Shown: positions 37,991 through 47,512 of the stretch, one piece after another
How positions within the stretch are numbered: the stretch's first letter is position 1
How the letters are laid out: every line of letters starts with the position of its first letter
DNA from: Candidatus Rokuibacteriota bacterium
GTDB taxonomy: Bacteria > Methylomirabilota > Methylomirabilia > Rokubacteriales > CSP1-6
Length of the DNA: 64,000 nucleotides
Reading direction: 5' to 3'
Assembly (NCBI GenBank): GCA_016193045.1
Contig: JACPSW010000086.1
Span: 11,135 to 75,134 of the forward strand
The notes under the pieces: generated by a model
What the model saw: the letters and a program-made list of their open reading frames with translations, nothing else
The model's database searches: none
What the model was told of the DNA's origin: nothing
Program-made: the position numbers and the translations under genes

Positions 37991-39114
37991 CGCGTTTCAT
38001 GCTCCTCGACAGCGGCGAGGAGCTGAGCCCTGGGAACGCCCGAGCCCTGGCTGAGCCCGGCCCCGTCCGGCTGAGGCTGCTGGAGCCGGCTCCACCCTTC
38101 CTCGACGGGCAGATCGTCCAGGTCACTCCTCTCCGTGCGGGACGTGTGCCGCGGGACACGCTGGTCCTCTCCCGCGTCGGCGGAGCCTTTTGCCTTCACG
38201 CCCTCGGAGACGGGCAGGGAGGCGGCGCCGCGGAGGCCCTCTGCGGTGTCGTCGCCCTTGAGCGGGGCGAGGCCGTCTTTTTCCTGAAACGAGGATTCCT
38301 CGCCGGCGTGCCGCCGCGCTGGCTCCCCCGGGCAATCGCCGCGCTCGAAGTCATCGGGAGGCTTCGTCGCCCCTTGACGCCGTCGCTCTTTCTCGGCAGC
38401 GCGGCGGCCTGCCTGGCGGGAGTGCGGGAGAAGTACAACCGCCGGGCGGAGGTCCGCCGCCACTCATACTTCGCGTCCATGGGCCTCGAACAAATCGAGC
38501 GCGAGATTGTCGAGCGGCATGTCAAGCCCGGGGGCCGCGTCCTCGACATCGGCTGCGGCGCCGGGCGGGAGGCGCTCGGCTTCTCCCGAGCGGGATTCCG
38601 CGTGGTCGCCATCGACATCGCCCCCCGGATGATCGAGGCGGCCCGAGCCAACGCCCAGCGAGAGCGACTGGGGATCACGTTCACGGTTCAGAGCGCGACG
38701 GAACTTGACGAGCCGCCGGGCTCGTTCGACGGCGCCTTCTGGTCGGGCTCCTACCATCACGTCCCGGGCCGTGCACTCCGGGTGGAGACGCTCGGGCGGA
38801 TCAGGCGGGCGCTGACTCCTGAGGGCGTGCTGATCCTCACGGTGCTCTACCGGGGGCGACGGGGGCTTCTCTCTCGAAGTCGGCTCGTGGATCTGCTTCG
38901 GGAAGTCGGGCGGAGGCTCTCTCGAACATGGCGCCTCTCCGAGTCCGGGGACGGCTATATGCGCGAGCTCTCGGAGGCGAGCGACCCTCGCGAGGCGTGC
39001 TTCTTCCATGATTTCTCGGGACCGGGAGAGGCCAGGGCGGAGATCGAGGCCGCTGGGCTCAGCGGCGAAGAGGTGGGCCCCGGCTGGTGGGTCTGCCGCA
39101 GCGCCCTTTCTTGA
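37987..39114 (+). CDS. Class I SAM-dependent methyltransferase with an ~170-aa N-terminal domain of unknown function
   Basis: VLDIGCGAGRE is motif I. LILTVLY is the post-I region. Confidence 0.7.
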   Translation: MTRFMLLDSGEELSPGNARALAEPGPVRLRLLEPAPPFLDGQIVQVTPLRAGRVPRDTLVLSRVGGAFCLHALGDGQGGGAAEALCGVVALERGEAVFFLKRGFLAGVPPRWLPRAIAALEVIGRLRRPLTPSLFLGSAAACLAGVREKYNRRAEVRRHSYFASMGLEQIEREIVERHVKPGGRVLDIGCGAGREALGFSRAGFRVVAIDIAPRMIEAARANAQRERLGITFTVQSATELDEPPGSFDGAFWSGSYHHVPGRALRVETLGRIRRALTPEGVLILTVLYRGRRGLLSRSRLVDLLREVGRRLSRTWRLSESGDGYMRELSEASDPREACFFHDFSGPGEARAEIEAAGLSGEEVGPGWWVCRSALS

Positions 39115-39119
39115 CCCGC

Positions 39120-39491
39120 CTATTTTGCTAGATGCTTCTCAATACAATCGATCACTTCCTTTACACTCGCTGGTTTGGCGATGAAGGGACGGCCGCCGAT
39201 CATGCCCTCTTCTTTTTTCGTCACCACGGCGGTTAAGAACACGATGGGGGTATCCTTCAAGTTCTTGTCGGCCTTAATCTGGGCGGCAACATCGCCCCCG
39301 TCCGCATCCGGCATGATCACATCGAGAAGAATGAGATCCGGTTTAAACTCCCTGGCGGCCGCCAGGCCGTGCGCTCCCCGGTTCTCCTCTCGTACCTCGT
39401 AGGCACCGGTCTTTTCAAGGTTCAGCCGCAGCATACGCGTAAAGCTTGGCTCATCGTCGATCAGGAGGATCCGTTTTTTCGCCATCGTCAT
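39120..39491 (-). CDS. Stand-alone response-regulator receiver (CheY-like)
   Basis: DDE...DLILLDVIMPDADG...K. Confidence 0.8.
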   Translation of the reverse strand: MTMAKKRILLIDDEPSFTRMLRLNLEKTGAYEVREENRGAHGLAAAREFKPDLILLDVIMPDADGGDVAAQIKADKNLKDTPIVFLTAVVTKKEEGMIGGRPFIAKPASVKEVIDCIEKHLAK

Positions 39492-41401
39492 CCCCTTCCC
39501 TCTGCTTTGAACATGATCGTGACCCGAGCGCCGCCTTCTTCCCGATTTCTGATGTCAATCGTCCCTCCGTGGAGGGCGACGATCTTGCTCGTCACTGCCA
39601 ATCCCAGACCCGTGCCCTTCCCCGTCGGTTTGGTGGTGAAGAATGGGTCAAAGATCTTCGTGAGCTTGTCCGGGGGAATTCCTGTTCCCGTGTCATCGAC
39701 CTCTGTTACGAGAACGGTATCCCCGATCCTGAAGTGATCTGCCTTCCTGGAGCCGACGCGGTGGCCGACCTCCATGAGCCGCTTCGCGTATGTTCTGACG
39801 GTGAGCGTCCCCCCGCCGGGCATCGCGTGGATGGCATTAATGAAGATGTTGACCAGGACCTGCTCGATCTTGCCTTTATCGAGCTTGACCGCTGGGAGAT
39901 TCTCGGTCAGTTCCTTAACCACCCTGAGGTGAGACCTGTCCGTCTCGTGTTTCACCAGCAGTAGCGATTGCTGAACGACGAAATTTAGATCCTCCGCGTT
40001 CAGGCTCAACGCGCCGGCAGCGGAAAAATCCAATAGGCCGCGGATGACCGAATCGGCTTTTCTGACCGCGTTGTCCATGTCCTGCAAAACGCTGCGCGTG
40101 ATGTCGTCGTCGGGTGGAAGCTGGTCGGACAGATAATTGACTCCCATCAGGACGATCGAAAGGGGGTTCTTGACCTCGTGCGCGATCCCGGCAGCCAACG
40201 TCCCCACCGATTCCATCTTCTCGGCCTGGATGAGCTGCAATTGGAGGGCCTGCAGTTCGGCACTGGTTTCCTTCAACTTCATCTCGGCCTGCTTGCGCTC
40301 GGTGATGTCGCGGATGATGGCCGTATAAAAGAGCTGGTCTTCAGCCATCCAAGTGCCCAGGGAAAGCTCCAGCGGAAATTCACCGCCGTGTTTTCTCAAC
40401 CCCTCCAGTTCGACCGTCTTGCCGACCATGGCGGTCTTGTGCGCGCTCCTGTATCGTTCGGACAGCAAGCGGGTTAGCGGCGTGCCTAACGCTTCTTTTT
40501 CGGCATATCCGAAGATCGTTTCTGCACCCCTGTTCCATAAAATAATGAGGCCGCGTTCATCGGCTGAAATAATAGCGTCGCTGGCCGACTGGGCGACGGA
40601 GCGGAATCGCATCTCCGACTCCCGCAGCGCCTTCTCGGCCTGCTTGCGCTGGGTGATGTCCTCGAAGGTGACGACCGCCCCAATGATCGTGCCCTCTTTT
40701 CGCATGGGGGTGCTGATGTACTCGACCGGGAAACTCGTGCCGTCCTTCTTCCAGAACACTTCGTTATCGACCTGCCGGGCTGCTCCCTCCCGCAAGGCCG
40801 CATAAATGGGGCACTCGTCCCCACCATAGAGCGTCCCGTCGGCTCTCGTGTGGTGCAAGACATCGTGATGGGGCTTGCCGATGAGGTCCTCCACGTCCCA
40901 CCCGGTCAGCGTTGCCGCGGCCGGATTGGCAAATGTGATGTTCCCCTGCGGGTCCAGCCCACAGATCCCCTCCCCCGCGGAGTTCAAAATCGGCGCCATT
41001 CGCTCCTGCACCAATCGCTCCTGGGTCTCGCGGAGCTGCTCATAGGCCGCCCGCAGATCCGCGTTGGCCGCTTCAAGGGCGGCGCGCTGTTGGTTGATGG
41101 TTCTCGAGTTCCTCGCCACGACGGAGATCAGGCTGATGTAAAGGATCACGAAGCCCCCGCCGACGGCGCCGTACGTCATCCACAGAACGCCACGGAAGTT
41201 TTCCCGGATCTCGGGGACGGAAAAGGGGTCTGTGCCCTTGGGGGCCTCCGGACGCATGGCAGCGTCGTACGCTTTCAAAACCCAGACGTGCTGGTTCAGC
41301 TTTGCGGTCACAAGCGCCGAAATGGCGGTCGCGACGACAATCATGATCACCAGCGTGATCAGCGAGAAGTCAAGCAGGAGGTTTTCTTTTGGCTTTCTCA
41401 T
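39488..41401 (-). CDS. Membrane sensor histidine kinase with multiple PAS domains
   Basis: The start MRKPKENLLL follows a GGGAGGAA SD. Two TM helices, PAS repeats, H-box AAGIAHEVKNPL and HATPase motifs (GTGLGLAV) are present. It overlaps the downstream REC gene. Confidence 0.8.
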   Translation of the reverse strand: MRKPKENLLLDFSLITLVIMIVVATAISALVTAKLNQHVWVLKAYDAAMRPEAPKGTDPFSVPEIRENFRGVLWMTYGAVGGGFVILYISLISVVARNSRTINQQRAALEAANADLRAAYEQLRETQERLVQERMAPILNSAGEGICGLDPQGNITFANPAAATLTGWDVEDLIGKPHHDVLHHTRADGTLYGGDECPIYAALREGAARQVDNEVFWKKDGTSFPVEYISTPMRKEGTIIGAVVTFEDITQRKQAEKALRESEMRFRSVAQSASDAIISADERGLIILWNRGAETIFGYAEKEALGTPLTRLLSERYRSAHKTAMVGKTVELEGLRKHGGEFPLELSLGTWMAEDQLFYTAIIRDITERKQAEMKLKETSAELQALQLQLIQAEKMESVGTLAAGIAHEVKNPLSIVLMGVNYLSDQLPPDDDITRSVLQDMDNAVRKADSVIRGLLDFSAAGALSLNAEDLNFVVQQSLLLVKHETDRSHLRVVKELTENLPAVKLDKGKIEQVLVNIFINAIHAMPGGGTLTVRTYAKRLMEVGHRVGSRKADHFRIGDTVLVTEVDDTGTGIPPDKLTKIFDPFFTTKPTGKGTGLGLAVTSKIVALHGGTIDIRNREEGGARVTIMFKAEGRG

Positions 41402-41632
41402 TTCACTCGTTCCTCCCACGAATTGGGCCGTAGCCAGGATGAAGCAACGGGGGTGCCAATCAAAAGGAATTAAAAAGTTGCTTCTAGAACAGGCGGTTAA
41501 GTGCGCGGGGGGTATTGTTTGCTTGCCAGATTGGCCCGCCAGGTCTGAATTGGCATTCAGAACGCGTCGATCCAACCCAGCCGGTTCATTTTAACCTAGC
41601 TATTTCACAAGATATTTCTGACGTGGCACCCT

Positions 41633-41648
41633 TGGCACCCCTCTTGCT
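41633..41648 (+). promoter_or_regulatory. Sigma-54 (-24/-12) promoter
   Basis: tTGGCACccctcTTGCT, with correct spacing, lies in the AT-richer divergent region ~13 nt upstream of ATG 41661. Confidence 0.5.
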
Positions 41649-41660
41649 CAACCGAGGGGC

Positions 41661-43868
41661 ATGGGACGGAGATTCTTCTGCACGCTGCTCCTCACCCTGG
41701 GCCTCCTCGCCGCGCCGGCGGCCGAGGCGTCCATCGCGGTTGATTCGAGTTCGAGCTGCACGCCGACCAGCGCGAACAGCTTCACGTGGTCGCACACCAC
41801 CTCGGGGGTGGACCGCGTTCTGATCGTCGGCGTGGCGCTCCGAAACCCGAACAGCCAGACCGTCAGTAGCGTCACCTACGCCGGGACGTCGCTCACCCAG
41901 GTGCTTGCGCGGGACAACGGGACGAGCGTCCGAATCGAGATCTGGCGCCTGGTCGGGCCTGCACTGGGGACGAACAACGTGGTGGTCAGCTACGCCTCGG
42001 GCGTCTCAGCCAAGACGGCCTGCGGGGCCGTCTCGCTGACGGGCGTTGATCAGTCGAACCCCATCGACGCCACGAACTCGGCGACCGGTACGAGCCTCGC
42101 GCCGAGCGTGACCGTGACCACCGTCACGAACTACGCCTGGGTCATCGACGGCATCGCCTTCCGCTCGACCGGGAACGCGAAGCCGACCGGCACCGCGGGC
42201 GGAGGGCAGACCGAGCGGTGGAGCGGGTACACCGAGGGCGGAGGGAGCGACCCGAACATCCGGGGCAAGGGCTCCACGGAGGGGCCGAAGAACCCCGCCG
42301 GCTCGGTCGTCATGGACTGGAGCCTCGATGGATCGACGTCGGTGGATTGGGCCGCCGCGGGGGTCGCCCTCAAGCCCGACGCCTGCCCCTCCACGACGGT
42401 CGCGGAGCCCACCTACGTCGCGGCCAACGCCCAGAGCGGCCAGGCGACCGTCTATTGGGGCGGAGCGGACTCGCTGATCATCCTCCGCAAGGCGGGGGCC
42501 TTCACCACCGAGTCGCCGACGAACGGCCAGTCCTACACCGCAGGCGGCACGATCGGTGCTGCGACTGTGATCTACGACGGCACGAGCGCCGCGAGCGGGA
42601 CCACGTGCACTTCGACGAGCTGCACCGACACGGGCCTCACCAACGGGACCGCGTACCATTACAAGGTTCACACGAAGTCCGGCACCTGCTACGCCAACGG
42701 CCTCACCGTCAACGGCACGCCGCCCTCCGGGACCCACCCGGCCTGGACCTACATGCTGGCCGGCGGCTCCATCCTGAAGGCCGGGGTGACCGGCGAAGGG
42801 ACCATCTACACCTCCTCCAACGCGAGCCGGATCGTCTCCCTGAGCACGAGCAACGGGATTCAGAGCTGGGCGCCCGTGAGCACGACCTCGGCGATCCAGG
42901 GGTGGCTGGTGTGGATCCCGATCAGCGGCGGGAGCACGAAGGCGGTCATCGGGGGGGACCAGGGCGGCAAGGTCTACTCGGTCGATGTGGCCACCGGGGC
43001 TACGAACTGGTCGCCCACCATGACGGGGGCCAACGCGGTCCAGGCGCCCGTGGCCGCCCAACTCAGGGACTATTCCAACGCGAGCTTTCAGTCCACCTAC
43101 TCGACCGACGTCATCTTCGGCGCGAGCCGGAACTCGAGCACCACCGACAACAAGCTCTACGCGGTCCGGGCGAGCGACGGGACAGCGCTCTGGACGTTCA
43201 ACCAGAACGGGACCGACTACGCGGTGGACTACATCGCGGGGATGCCGTACGTGGACTACAGCCGGAACCGGCTCTATGTCGCGAGCCGGGCCGGCGCCGC
43301 GGGGACGCAGCAGAGCTTCTGGGCGATCAACACGCTCAACGGGAGCGTGGTGGGCTCACTGGCCCTGGGTCACCTGGAGACGTCGCCGACCCTGAGCTAC
43401 GACGGGACCACGATCTACGTCGCCAATACGGCCGGGGACCTCTATGCCATCAACGCCAGCGACCTGACCCAGAAGTGGACCTCCCCGTCGGCGCTGGGGA
43501 CCGCGGTCAACGGGTTTGTGTGGGAGGACTACTCGACCGCAGGTCGCCTCTACTTCAGCACAGCGAATGGGAACGTCTGGTGTCTCCAGGATCCGGGGGC
43601 GGGGGTGGCGCCGCCGGACCCGGCCTCGCCGGTCTGGAAGACCGCTGTCGCCGGGCCCTCCACGCCCCTCCTCCTGGACAAGCTCTACGTGGGGTCGTCT
43701 AACGGGAAGGTTCACCAGATCAACCCGACGACCGGCACCAACGAGAAGCAGTTCACCGTGGGCGACGGAACGAAGACCGTGGGCGATCCCAGCACCGAGG
43801 ACGGGACCCAAGTCTTCGTGGGGACGACGGAAGGGAAGATCTACAAGCTTCCCCTCCCGCTGCCCTAG
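41661..43868 (+). CDS. Secreted Ser/Thr-rich protein with C-terminal PQQ/BamB-like beta-propeller repeats
   Basis: The signal peptide is MGRRFFCTLLLTLGLLAAPAAEA. Repeated ...LYAV...DGT..W.F / LYV.S..G.V..I motifs suggest a beta-propeller. Confidence 0.6.
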   Translation: MGRRFFCTLLLTLGLLAAPAAEASIAVDSSSSCTPTSANSFTWSHTTSGVDRVLIVGVALRNPNSQTVSSVTYAGTSLTQVLARDNGTSVRIEIWRLVGPALGTNNVVVSYASGVSAKTACGAVSLTGVDQSNPIDATNSATGTSLAPSVTVTTVTNYAWVIDGIAFRSTGNAKPTGTAGGGQTERWSGYTEGGGSDPNIRGKGSTEGPKNPAGSVVMDWSLDGSTSVDWAAAGVALKPDACPSTTVAEPTYVAANAQSGQATVYWGGADSLIILRKAGAFTTESPTNGQSYTAGGTIGAATVIYDGTSAASGTTCTSTSCTDTGLTNGTAYHYKVHTKSGTCYANGLTVNGTPPSGTHPAWTYMLAGGSILKAGVTGEGTIYTSSNASRIVSLSTSNGIQSWAPVSTTSAIQGWLVWIPISGGSTKAVIGGDQGGKVYSVDVATGATNWSPTMTGANAVQAPVAAQLRDYSNASFQSTYSTDVIFGASRNSSTTDNKLYAVRASDGTALWTFNQNGTDYAVDYIAGMPYVDYSRNRLYVASRAGAAGTQQSFWAINTLNGSVVGSLALGHLETSPTLSYDGTTIYVANTAGDLYAINASDLTQKWTSPSALGTAVNGFVWEDYSTAGRLYFSTANGNVWCLQDPGAGVAPPDPASPVWKTAVAGPSTPLLLDKLYVGSSNGKVHQINPTTGTNEKQFTVGDGTKTVGDPSTEDGTQVFVGTTEGKIYKLPLPLP

Positions 43869-43878
43869 CGAGGCCCCC

Positions 43879-45429
43879 ATGCGGAGAACGCTGGGCGGCC
43901 TCTTGCTCCCCCTCGGCCTTCTGATCCTCCCGGTACCCGCGTGGGCCGGGTTCACGCTTTCCCTTGCGGAGGGGAGCGCTGTGGTGGTTGACTCGCCCTC
44001 GCGCCTCCACTTCAGCGTGGCCAACACGGGGCCGGAAGGCCTGAGCCGGCTGAGTCTCCGTTTCCCGCCCGGCTATGACGTGGTGGGCGGGTCGGCGCCG
44101 GCCGGGTGGACCGTCGAGCTGGACCCGTCGGGCACCGGGAACGGGATCAGCTTCAGGACGAGCGATGAGGTCACCTGCCGCGGGGCCGTTGCCGCCGGGC
44201 GCTCGCTGGCGTTCAGCGCTGAGGTCGTCGCCCGCGCGTCGCGGGCGGTCACGCCGGACAGCCTCGCGAGTGCCCACGCCGAAGATAGCTGCCGAGGGGT
44301 GGTGCTCGATCCGCCGGGGACGCTCCCTGCCTGGGAGCGGCTCGGCCTCGACGCGGTCCTCGCCGCCGGTCCTTCCCTCCTCGGAGTGGGGGGGGAAGTT
44401 ACGGTGACGTTGACCGTCTCCAACCTTTCGACGGTGGAACTCGCCGACGTCTCCCCCCTCCTCCGCACGAGGGGGGGGGCGGCCGTGACGTGGACCGAGG
44501 AGCCGGCGCCCGCGGGGCCGCCGCTGGCGCCCGGGGGGCAGCGCGCCTTCACCTGGACCGGCCGCCCGGCCTCGGGGGGGACGCTGCAGTTCACCGGGCA
44601 GGCGTTGAGTCCGCTCGTGGCCTCCCCGCCGGCCGCCTCTGAGACCCTTTTCGTCGCCGACCTTGGCGTGTCGCTCGCCGGGGCGCCCGATGAGGTCGTC
44701 AGCGGTCAACAGGTCGTCGTCGAGATGACAGTCACGAACCGCGGCCCCGTAAGGGTGGCGCGCGTGAGCCCCTCGCCCTTGACGTTCGAAGGCGCGGCCG
44801 CCGTGAGCGGCCTGATCGGCCCGAGCCCGGCGGTGCTGGCCGCGCTGGAGCCGGGCGAGTCCGCCACCTTCGCCTGGTCCGCCACAGTCGCCGGGAGGGC
44901 GGGAGACACCTACGCCGTCTCGGGCTGGGCTTCGGGCGAGTGGGGCGCCATCGTTTCCCAAATCGCGACATGGGAGGGCGGGACGCTCACCGAGGAGCCG
45001 CCGTCGGAGGAAAGGGTGGCGGATGCCGGCGGCCCGTCCCTTGTGGGAGGGGGTGCCGTCGCGGCGGCGGACCTCGCGGGGGCGCCCGCCAGCGGCGTCC
45101 AGGGCGGGAGCGTTCAGTTCGTCGGCGTCAACCAGGACGGAAGCCAGAGCGGCGGCACCCAGTTCTCCGCCGCGAGCGTGCGCGACCTCTGGATCCTCGT
45201 TGCGTGGCAAAGCCTGTCGGGCACGCACTCCCAGCGCCTCGACCTCTACGCTCCGGACGGTTCCCTCTACCAGCGGCTCTCTGCGCAGTTCACGGGAAGC
45301 TCGGCCGAGGTGCGGCTCCCCGTCGGTGGCACCTGGATTACCCAGCACTTCCTCTTCGGCACCTGGCGTGTTGACGTCTTCCTCGACGGTGACCCCCGCA
45401 CGAGCGGCGCCTTCGTCCTAACGCCCTGA
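43879..45429 (+). CDS. Secreted protein with repeated Ig-like (DUF11/CARDB-like) domains
   Basis: The signal peptide is MRRTLGGLLLPLGLLILPVPAWA. Repeated ...V.V.NTGP/ NRGP..V... modules follow. It lies 10 nt after the previous gene, so they are probably co-transcribed from the sigma-54 promoter. Confidence 0.5.
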   Translation: MRRTLGGLLLPLGLLILPVPAWAGFTLSLAEGSAVVVDSPSRLHFSVANTGPEGLSRLSLRFPPGYDVVGGSAPAGWTVELDPSGTGNGISFRTSDEVTCRGAVAAGRSLAFSAEVVARASRAVTPDSLASAHAEDSCRGVVLDPPGTLPAWERLGLDAVLAAGPSLLGVGGEVTVTLTVSNLSTVELADVSPLLRTRGGAAVTWTEEPAPAGPPLAPGGQRAFTWTGRPASGGTLQFTGQALSPLVASPPAASETLFVADLGVSLAGAPDEVVSGQQVVVEMTVTNRGPVRVARVSPSPLTFEGAAAVSGLIGPSPAVLAALEPGESATFAWSATVAGRAGDTYAVSGWASGEWGAIVSQIATWEGGTLTEEPPSEERVADAGGPSLVGGGAVAAADLAGAPASGVQGGSVQFVGVNQDGSQSGGTQFSAASVRDLWILVAWQSLSGTHSQRLDLYAPDGSLYQRLSAQFTGSSAEVRLPVGGTWITQHFLFGTWRVDVFLDGDPRTSGAFVLTP

Positions 45430-45504
45430 GAGCGGGCGCGCGCCTCTTCGCCCCTTGCCCGTCTTCCGGGGTTCTGCTAGGGTGTGGAGGATCGGAGGGA
45501 GCCT

Positions 45505-45669
45505 ATGAACACTGAGAAGCGGCCGCCCGAGCCCCAGGCAGAGCGAGCCCGTCAATCATACGAACGCCCCAGGATTCACTGGGAGGAAGAGTTCTTGCCC
45601 TACGTCTTCTCCACCTGCGGGAAGATGGGGGGGCAGGGCGGCGCATGCGTCGCCAACAAGAAGTCCTAG
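45505..45669 (+). CDS. Candidate RiPP precursor peptide (54 aa) with a Gly/Cys-rich C-terminus
   Basis: GGAGGGAG SD sits 6 nt before the ATG. The product is MNTEKRPPEPQAERARQSYERPRIHWEEEFLPYVFSTCGKMGGQGGACVANKKS. Its 3' end overlaps the start of the HprK-like gene by 25 nt. Confidence 0.45.
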   Translation: MNTEKRPPEPQAERARQSYERPRIHWEEEFLPYVFSTCGKMGGQGGACVANKKS

Positions 45670-46472
45670 GCGTTTTTGACATCGCGGGCATCGCCTGCGG
45701 GGTGGAGTGCCGGGAGGAGGCGTTCTGGAACCTCCTCTCCCCCCGCTACGCCGAGTTCGCGTCGGACGACATCCCGCGGCTCCGGCTTCGGGTCGAGGTG
45801 ACGGCGCCTCCCTCGGACGACGTGGCGGCCCGGTGGTCAGGCCCCTTCGCCCGCATCGCGGGCGGCGACGGGGTCCTCTCCATCGAGGGCGCCGGCTTCA
45901 GGGGGGAGTTCGACGAGCGATCGGGGCAGGGCCGGATCGCCCAGCCGCTCGATCCTTCCCCTTTCGAGACGTTCCTGACCGCGATCTACGCCGGGCGCCT
46001 CCTCCGGGCCGGCGGGTTCTTCCTCCACGCGGCCGCGCTGGTGGATGGCGACCGGGCGCACGTCTTTTTCGGTCCATCGGAGAGCGGGAAGACGACGGTG
46101 GCCGAGCTGGTCAGAGAGGGCGTCATCTCCGACGAGATCGTGGCCATCCGGAGGGAGGGCGATCAGTACCGGGTCTCAGGAGTCCCCTGGCGAGGCCGGC
46201 GGCTCACCGCTCCCCTGGCAGGACTTTTTCGTCTCAGAAAGGCCAGGGAGACCTCGTTCACCCCTCTCGCCCCGGTGAAAGCGGTGCGACAGCTCCTGCC
46301 GAGCGTCTTCTTCTCCCGAGCGGATGCGGCGGAAATCGCCCGCTTCCTGGAGGTGGGGGGGGAGCTGGTGACCAGGGTTCCCTGCTACGAGATGCGCTTC
46401 GCGCCCGACCGCTCCTTCTGGCATGCGCTGCCCCGCAGCGGGCAAGGGGAGAAACATGCTCTCTCAGTATGA
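45645..46472 (+). CDS. HPr-kinase-C-terminal-domain-like P-loop serine kinase
   Basis: FFLHAAALVDGDRAHVFFGPSESGKTTVAELVREGVISDEIVAI matches the HprK C-domain Walker A plus the downstream DD/E. No HprK N-domain is present. Confidence 0.7.
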   Translation: MRRQQEVLGVFDIAGIACGVECREEAFWNLLSPRYAEFASDDIPRLRLRVEVTAPPSDDVAARWSGPFARIAGGDGVLSIEGAGFRGEFDERSGQGRIAQPLDPSPFETFLTAIYAGRLLRAGGFFLHAAALVDGDRAHVFFGPSESGKTTVAELVREGVISDEIVAIRREGDQYRVSGVPWRGRRLTAPLAGLFRLRKARETSFTPLAPVKAVRQLLPSVFFSRADAAEIARFLEVGGELVTRVPCYEMRFAPDRSFWHALPRSGQGEKHALSV

Positions 46473-47505
46473 TCGCCTGATCCGGACGGCCTCGCGGGGG
46501 CACGTTCCGTTCGGGGTCCTCTTCGAGGTCACCCATCGGTGCAACCTCGGCTGCGAGCACTGTTATCTGACCGAGGGGCCGGTGGGCCGGCCGAAGCCCA
46601 CCCGGGAGGAACTCCCTCTCGAAGAGATTCGTCCCATCCTCGATCAGCTGGCCGCGGCGGGCTGCCTTTTCCTGACGCTCTCCGGCGGAGAGGTCTTCAT
46701 GCGGCGGGACTTTCTCCAGATTGTGGCTCACGCCCGGTCGCGCGGGTTCTCCGTGACGGTCTTCACCACGGGGACGCTGCTGACGCCCGAGACCGCGACC
46801 GAGCTGGCCAACCTTCATCCCCTCTCCGTGGAGGTGAGCATCTACAGCGCGCGGTCGGAGATCCACGACCGCGTCACGCGAATCCCCGGCTCCCACGCTC
46901 GCTCGCTGCGGGCCCTTCGAATGTTGAAGGAGCGCGGCGTGATCATCCTGATCAAAAGTCCCCTCATGAATCTCAATTCGGGGGAATACCACGGCATCGT
47001 CGAATTGGCCGGGGACCTGGGGGCGGGGTACGGTTTCGACCCGATGTTGGTCCCGCGGCGGGACGGGAACACGGCTCCCGTGGGACTGGGCCTGGATCGC
47101 CAGCAGCTCTACGACTTCTTCTCCGATCCCGTCCTGGCCAAAGAGCACTTCCAGCCCGTGAAGTGCCTCCCCCAGCCGGGGGAGGAGATCTGCGGCACCG
47201 GGCGGCGGACCTGCCTGATCTCTCCCTACGGCGACGTCTTCCCGTGCGGGGTTCATCCCATCCCGGCGGGGAACCTCCGGGAGAAGAGCTTCTACGAGAT
47301 CTGGACCGGCTCCCCGCTCCTCAAGGATCTCCGCACGAAGACCGTGGACGATCTGAGAGGAGGGGCGAAGGCGATCCCCGGCTTCCGGTGCAGCGCGCTT
47401 GCGCTCATCGAGAACGGGGATTTCCTCGGTCCCTTCCGCCGTGGCGAGGAGTTGGCCGAGATCCAGGCCGAAGTCCGCGGCCGCCAGGGAAGCGCTCCCG
47501 CCTGA
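46456..47505 (+). CDS. Radical SAM / SPASM-domain peptide-modifying enzyme (no N-terminal RRE domain)
   Basis: Cx3Cx2C is THRCNLGCEHCYL, about 30 aa from the N-terminus. GGEVFMRRDF is the rSAM glycine-rich motif. The C-terminal Cys-rich SPASM region is CGTGRRTCLISPYGDVFPC...RCS. It overlaps the kinase gene by 17 nt. Confidence 0.85.
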   Translation: MLSQYDRLIRTASRGHVPFGVLFEVTHRCNLGCEHCYLTEGPVGRPKPTREELPLEEIRPILDQLAAAGCLFLTLSGGEVFMRRDFLQIVAHARSRGFSVTVFTTGTLLTPETATELANLHPLSVEVSIYSARSEIHDRVTRIPGSHARSLRALRMLKERGVIILIKSPLMNLNSGEYHGIVELAGDLGAGYGFDPMLVPRRDGNTAPVGLGLDRQQLYDFFSDPVLAKEHFQPVKCLPQPGEEICGTGRRTCLISPYGDVFPCGVHPIPAGNLREKSFYEIWTGSPLLKDLRTKTVDDLRGGAKAIPGFRCSALALIENGDFLGPFRRGEELAEIQAEVRGRQGSAPA

Positions 47506-47512
47506 GCCTCCG

